Shown here in pieces: positions 57,794-64,000 of a DNA stretch of 64,000 nt (position 1 is its first letter; each line of letters starts with the position of its first letter). The DNA is from Octopus vulgaris (lineage: Eukaryota): assembly GCA_951406725.2 (NCBI GenBank), contig OX597814.1, forward strand, positions 142,600,001 through 142,664,000, given 5' to 3'. The notes below the pieces were generated by a model that searched no databases, was not told where the DNA came from, and saw only the letters and a program-made list of their open reading frames with translations. A program made the position numbers and the translations under genes.

Positions 57794-60093
57794 CTGAACG
57801 TTGAAAGAACAAAGATGTATTTCAATTTATTTCCTCAATAAATAGAAATGCTAGCTCTCATGTACTAAATCATCACAAGAAGACAATTCACTTTGGATTT
57901 CTGGCATAGGCACAATATTGGTGGGATGTGAATGGATTATAGACAATGATATCATGTCAGTATTTGTACTGTTTTTCATTAACTCCATCTGTTACTTCAC
58001 TAATTCTTCTAATCCAATGTCTTGAGACAACCTAATATTATTAATATTACTAATACAAATGAAACAGTAACCCACAATTTTTATTTTATACATTATATAT
58101 TATCTTTATTCTTTTGCTTGTTTCAGTCATAAAACTGCAGCCATACTGGAATCTTGAAGAGTTTAGTTGAATAAATCAATCCCAATACTCTTCTTAAAAT
58201 ATGGAACTTATTCTACTGAGGTTTTTTTTGTGTGTGTGGAACCAATGAGCAACAGAGATGTAAACAAACAAACACTAGTTGTCAAGTGGTGAGGAGACAA
58301 ACACATAGATGCATACACACACATACATGCATAGATAGATAGACAGACAGACATATCATCATCATCATTATTTAACATCCATATTCCATGCTGGGATGAG
58401 TTGGATGGTTTGACAGGAACTGATATGTCAAGAGACTGCATCAAGCTCCAGTGTCTGCTTTGGCATAGGTTTTATGGTTGGATGCCCTTCTTGATGCCAA
58501 CAAGTTTCCAGCAAGGGGTTGAGGTGATTTTTTTCATGCCACCAAAGTGGAGCAGAGCAGATTCCTGCAGAAAGACCTGCAAGGTCACACAGAAAAAAAA
58601 AGGCTGGGGGAAGAAAGTGAACAGTAAGAGCTGCAGGGCTTCCACACAGTGGGACTGAACCTGAAACCACATGGCTGCAAAGCAAGCTTCTTAACCACAA
58701 AGCCATGCCTGCATCTAGTTTCTGTAAATTTAATACAACACATATACACAATGTATATGTGTAAATTTTACCAATAGAGATATGAATGGTTGGTATATCT
58801 ACCTGCCTGTCTTATATTCAGAATTGTATATAAAATTATTTGCCACCTCACAGGGAAGATTTGTGTAATCTATTTTGAGAAATAGTACCCAAATTTACCT
58901 CAAACTCCTCTCAACTGAAAGGAGATGGAGAATGGCAGAAAGTTGAAATGGATTGGTTCTTTCTCAAGGTCTAATAACATAAATCAAAGAGCAGGTAGTT
59001 CAGGTAGACTGACCATTTGGAATAGTCTTTGAGGAAAATACTGGAGCAGAAACCATTTACATTCCATTAAATCATCATCATCATCATTTTGACAACCACT
59101 CTTCCATACTTCCATGGGTCAGATGGAATTTGCTGAGGCAGATTTTCTATGGCTGGATGCCTTTCCTGTTGCCAACTTTACATGTTTTTAAATGAGGCAG
59201 TATTTCCACATGGCCAAAGTTATCAAAACAAGGTGACACAAACATGCACATACACACACATAAATATTTCTCTATGCTAGGCAAAAGGCCCAAAATTTTG
59301 GGAGAGGAGGCCAGTCGATTAGATCGGCCCCAGTACGCAACTGGTACTTAATTTATCGACCCTGAAAGGATAGGAGGCAAAGTTGACCTTGGTGGAATTC
59401 AAACACAGAATGTAAAGACAGACAAAATACCGCTAAGCATTTCACCCAGCGTGCTAACGTTTCTGCCAGCTCACCGCCTTCACACACACACATATATATA
59501 TATATGTAATATATGGGCCTCACGGAGGCAAAGTGACTGAGTTCCATTTGAGTGTTGGGCCACATAGAAGCAATGACCAAGACCTTTGGCATATGTCATG
59601 CTTGAGAAGAAGACCCATCAAACCAAGCAAAATTGTAGTCATGGCAGATACCAGCACCACACATATAACCACACTCCGGTGTCATGCAAATGGCACCCGT
59701 GCCAGTGGCACATAAAAGCATCTATTACACTCTTGGAATAGTTGGCATAAGCACAGGCAAGGTGAATAGTGCTTTTTACGTGGCACAAGCACAGGCAAGG
59801 TCAGTTTTGGCAAGGTTTTTACAGCTGGATGCCCTTCCAAACACCAACCATTTTACAGTGTGGACTGGGTGCTTTTAAGTGGCATGTGTATATCTATAAG
59901 TACATATATAACAGTTTTTTTCAGTTCCTGTCAACCAAATTCATTCACAAGACTTTGGTCAGGTCAGGACTATAGCAGAAAACACTTGCCCAAAGTGCCT
60001 TGCAGTGGGACTGAACCAGAAGCTATGTGATTAGGAAGCAAACAGCTTAACCACACAGCCACATAGATTTATAATGACAAATTGAGAAACTCA

Positions 60094-60264
<171 letters not shown>

Positions 60265-60929
60265 TCAATGAAATAAAAATTAATTCTGTTGCAGTCATTA
60301 TTTGTTTTATTTTTTATCTTGTTACAAGCATTAGTCTGTGGCCAGGCTGGGGCACAACCTTGAATGGTTCTAGTTGAACAAATCAACCCTACTATTTATT
60401 TTTAAGTGTAGTATTCATTTTATCAGTCTCTTTTGTTGAGTCACTAAGTTACAGGAATATAAATAAACCAACACCGATTGTCAAGTGATGTTAGAACAAA
60501 CACACACACACACACAGGATTTCTCTCAGCTTCCATCTTAGAAAGCTTTGGTCGGCCTGATCTGTAGTAGAAATACTTGCCCAAGATGCTATGCAGTGGA
60601 ACTGAAACCCAAGACCACAGGATTGGAAAGTAAGCTTTTTAACCACACAATCATGCTTGCATATACACACACACACAACACACACACTAGTGTGATATAT
60701 AAGTATGATGTGTGTGTGTGCTTGTACGTGTTTGTGTATTTATTTATATTTGCCAGAAGTTTCTTATACTTGATGTTCTTGAAACCCTTAACGATGTTGG
60801 GAGCAAAAACATAATCACAAAAAAAAAGGAAAGCAAACATGTTTTGGTAATTAAGACACATCCTTTGGAGGTGAAGGTAGTTTTAATAAATGAGTTTTAA
60901 TAAATGTTATATGGTATTTGATATACCTG

Positions 60930-61227
60930 CATGTACTGGTGGCATGTAAAAAGCACCATTCAAGCATGGCCAATGCCAGTGCCACTTAACAGGCACCCGT
61001 GCCAGTGGGACATCTGTGCCGCCTGACTGGCTCCCATACTGGTGGCATATAAAAAGCACCCACTACATTCTCAGAGTGGTTAACATTAGGAAGGGCATCC
61101 AGCTGTAGAAACCTTGCCAAATTAGATTGGGGCTTGGTGCAGCCTCCTGGATGCCAGTTCTCAATCAATCTGTCCAATCCATGCCAGCATGGAAAGCAGA
61201 TGTTAAACAACGACGATAATGATGATG
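60930..61227 (+). mobile_element. SINE family D 3' part with (GAT)n tail (copies at ~55615, 57363, 57469, 58355, 59070, 59690 and 63035)
   Basis: Shared AGGAAGGGCATCCAGCTGTAGAAAC...GCATGGAAAGCRGAYGTTAAA(YGA)n. Confidence 0.8.
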
Positions 61228-61239
61228 TACTTGTCTATT

Positions 61240-61640
61240 TTACTCATAAGAGGAAGCTTGCCAAATACCAGGAGCTAGTAGAGTAGTCCAGAAACTAGGC
61301 TGGAAGGCACATTGTAAGGTAACTGAAGTGGGCTGCTGGGATTTTGTGGAGCATTCATTCTGCAAAACACAGACTGGGCTTGGAGTTACTAGTGCAGCAA
61401 AGAGACGGATCATAAATTCCATCACTGAAGCTGCAGAGGAGGCCACTAAGTGGCTTTGGATAAAGAGGCAGACCAACGGTTTGCTGCTATTTGGGATACA
61501 AGCTGAGACTCAATCAATCCTGGGTTGGGTCAATTGAGCAAGGGTGGGTCTGATGTTGAAACACCCAAAACCCACTGTGACCCATTCATTATTGATGATG
61601 CATACCCGAGGGCATCTGTGAGATATATCTTCAAACTGAA
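61240..61640 (+). mobile_element. HERO-like RLE LINE 3' fragment in DPCD intron 3 (similar scrap at ~4970-5250)
   Basis: EVGCWDFVEHSFCKTQTGLGVT...IINSITEAAEEATKWLWIKR; the second scrap reads SIAEATEKGSNWIWFSR. Confidence 0.7.
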
Positions 61641-62368
61641 AGCTAACCCAAGCTTTGTGAGTAAAAACTAGGTAGGCAGAAACTGTGTGGAAGCCCATCT
61701 GATGGAGTGAACCAATTCTTGTGGAATACACTTAATCCATTATCTGGTTTAATATCACCACTAGGTTCTTGAATGTCAAAATCAGGTTCTGCTAAGTTGT
61801 AAGCATTCAGGCAAATCTACAATCTGTGAAGTGGAAGCACATGGCTTAGTGGTTAGGATGTTGGACTCAAGATTGTAAGATTGTGGTTTTGATTCATGGA
61901 TCGGATGGCGCATTGCTCCAGTCCACTCTGCTGGCAAAAATGAGTAACCCTGTGATGGACCAGCATCTTGTCCAGGTAGGGAATATATATGCCATGGAAA
62001 CCAGGAAAACAGCCCTTATGAGTCACCATGACTCAAGAAGAAGGTAACCTTTACCTTTACCAGACTGTGAATAAATTTTCCCTGTCCTTCATCGGCCACA
62101 GTGACCCTATGTAAAAGATTATGGGCATTTCTCTACCTCTCCAAACAACTGTATTTGATGGTGTAAAAGATGCACAGGCCTATTAGACACACTCCAATTT
62201 CAGCAGTGCATATTTAGGAAAGAAAAAGTCTTTAGTGTACTAAAGCTTATAGGAAGCTTAACTTTACATATAGGACCAGGGTTGATATTTTTGAGACATT
62301 TTTTTATTTTTGTAAAAAAAACAAATATGATAATCTATAAAAGAAAAATATTTAAAAAATACTCTTAC

Positions 62369-62490
62369 ATTACTATTATTCTCTCGAAGAGTTAATTCCT
62401 TGAATTCTGGAACTGGTAGACTTGATTCCCCAACCTCATACTGCCAAACATCAAAATCCCCTAGTGTACGTTTATGGCGCCATTTACGAA
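62369..62490 (-). CDS. DPCD: DPCD coding exon 3 (122 nt)
   Basis: tttttcag acceptor and gtaaga donor; phase joins exon 2. Encodes VRKWRHKRTLGDFDVWQYEVGESSLPVPEFKELTLRENNSN. Confidence 0.95.
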
Positions 62491-63188
62491 CTGAAAAATA
62501 TAATTTAAAGGAGAAAATTTGTAAATCAAAAATAGTAAAATGGAAATTATTAGCTACAGTAAGATACTTTCACAGGGTAGAATTCCCTGAAAACAGTTAT
62601 TTTTGTATATAAATCTAAGCACTTTCTCTGTTCTCTTGATTCCTAATCTTTAAACATTTTACAAAGAAAAGAAAAAGAAACATGAACTTCCTCCAGGTTG
62701 TAATTATTTCCATCTTTAATGAAATGCTTAATTAATAAGGCTAGATTATATCATGCTGACAATTTCTAAAAAGAATGAAACATTACTATACATAATTACC
62801 AAGAACTAGAAATTTTCAAGAACTTTGTAATAAGTAAGCAAAAACGAATTAAACATGTGAATGCTATGCATATTTTTCCTTGTAATTCCCTAATCCCAAT
62901 CCCAAATTTCTAATCCTGCTTCATATTATGATGAAATGATTATATCCCTTGTAATAGCTGTGACTGCAAGGGGAATAACATGAATATATTTTTGAGACAT
63001 TTGCAAATTCAACTTTGATGCACTGTTGTGAATTATCATCATCATCATCATCATTTAACATCCATTTTCCATGCTGGTATGGGCTGAACGATTTGGCTGA
63101 GGTCTGGAAAGTCAGGCTCCAATCTGATCTGGCAATGTTTGTACAGCTGGATGCCCTTCCTAACGCCAACCACTGCGAGAATGTAGTG

Positions 63189-63402
63189 GGTGCTTTTTAC
63201 ATATCACTGGCACAGGAGTCAGTCAGGCGGCCCTGGCATCGATCATGTTCAGATAGTACTTTTTACCTGCATCCGGCACAGGAGCCAGTCAGGTGGACTT
63301 GGCATCGACTATATTTGGATGGTGCTTTTTACATGCCACCGGCACTGGAGCCAGTCAGGGGCACTGGCATCAACCACATTCTGATGGTGCATTTTGCATG
63401 CT
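63189..63402. repeat. ~66-bp tandem repeat, ~3 copies, inside a family D SINE
   Basis: Unit begins GTGCTTTTTACATGCCACCGGCACAGGAGCCAGTCAGG. Confidence 0.8.
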
Positions 63403-63856
63403 ACTCTAGCCCCAGGCCAGCTAAAGCATTTTGAGTAGATTTGATAGATGGAAACTGAAAAAAGCCTGTTGTACTGCTGTACATGTGTGTGTCCTTGTGT
63501 TGATATCATGCGATAATTGTACACAAACATCACCTTCATACAAGCAATACTCTTTGTTTCCAATCTTCCACGAAAAACATATTTAACCATAGGGAAGTAT
63601 TAGCTCGCTTGGAGAAAGGTATGGTTTAGCAACAGGAAAGGCATCCAGTCATTGAACATTTAAAATTTTGTGCAGTCTATATAAGCATGGAAGACTAGGA
63701 GTTAGATGATGATGGTAATCTGCAGTGAATTGTATGTGTATGTGGTGTATGGAGAAAATGAGGGAAAACAAAAGCAGAAAAGACGGTGGTGGGTAGTTTC
63801 TAAATAATTTAGTAGGTTCCAGTACAAAGCACCAAAAGTGGCAGAAATATATTTAC

Positions 63857-63937
63857 CAAGTAACAATTTACTGCTTTGTTCATATTCTTCAGCCATTTGA
63901 GAACCATCTTGGAAAGAGTAGTGGACTTTAATTCGTC
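63857..63937 (-). CDS. DPCD: DPCD coding exon 2 (81 nt; exon 1 lies beyond the window)
   Basis: tttag acceptor and gtaaat donor. Encodes (G)RIKVHYSFQDGSQMAEEYEQSSKLLL, matching recalled human DPCD [27 protein letters not shown]. Confidence 0.95.
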
Positions 63938-64000
63938 CTAAATAAACAAAGTTAGGCATGACAGTTAAAAGTTCTCAAAATAATTACGTACATTCAATAA

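Overview
This is repeat-dense, AT-rich animal genomic DNA. The SINE families and the density of (TA)n/(TG)n/(TACA)n/(TAA)n microsatellites point to a coleoid cephalopod, most likely Octopus; this is inferred, not proven. Nearly all ORFs in the supplied track are microsatellite or SINE artefacts. One real host gene is present: DPCD on the minus strand, with coding exons 2-6 at 63937-56411 and exon 1 beyond the window end. The rest is a transposon graveyard: two mariner fossils, a Tigger/pogo fossil, a hAT (Tip100/ZMYM-like) fossil, Merlin-like MITEs with 8-bp TSDs, R4/Dong-, HERO- and CR1-like LINE fragments, Penelope-like elements (PLEs) and at least four tRNA-derived SINE families. The most interesting signals are RNA-structural: (1) several hammerhead ribozyme motifs, one with a fully canonical core, tied to a PLE whose 3' region holds a ~2.5-kb microsatellite; (2) a tRNA-headed SINE that carries a hammerhead and shows PLE-like inverted ends; (3) a 3'-terminal hairpin shared by two LINEs and the dominant SINE, with compensatory base changes; (4) a SINE-LINE chimera inside one target-site duplication; (5) fold-back dsRNA structures in DPCD introns. 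Repeat boundaries are approximate unless a TSD or TIR is quoted. All family assignments come from recalled motifs, not database searches.
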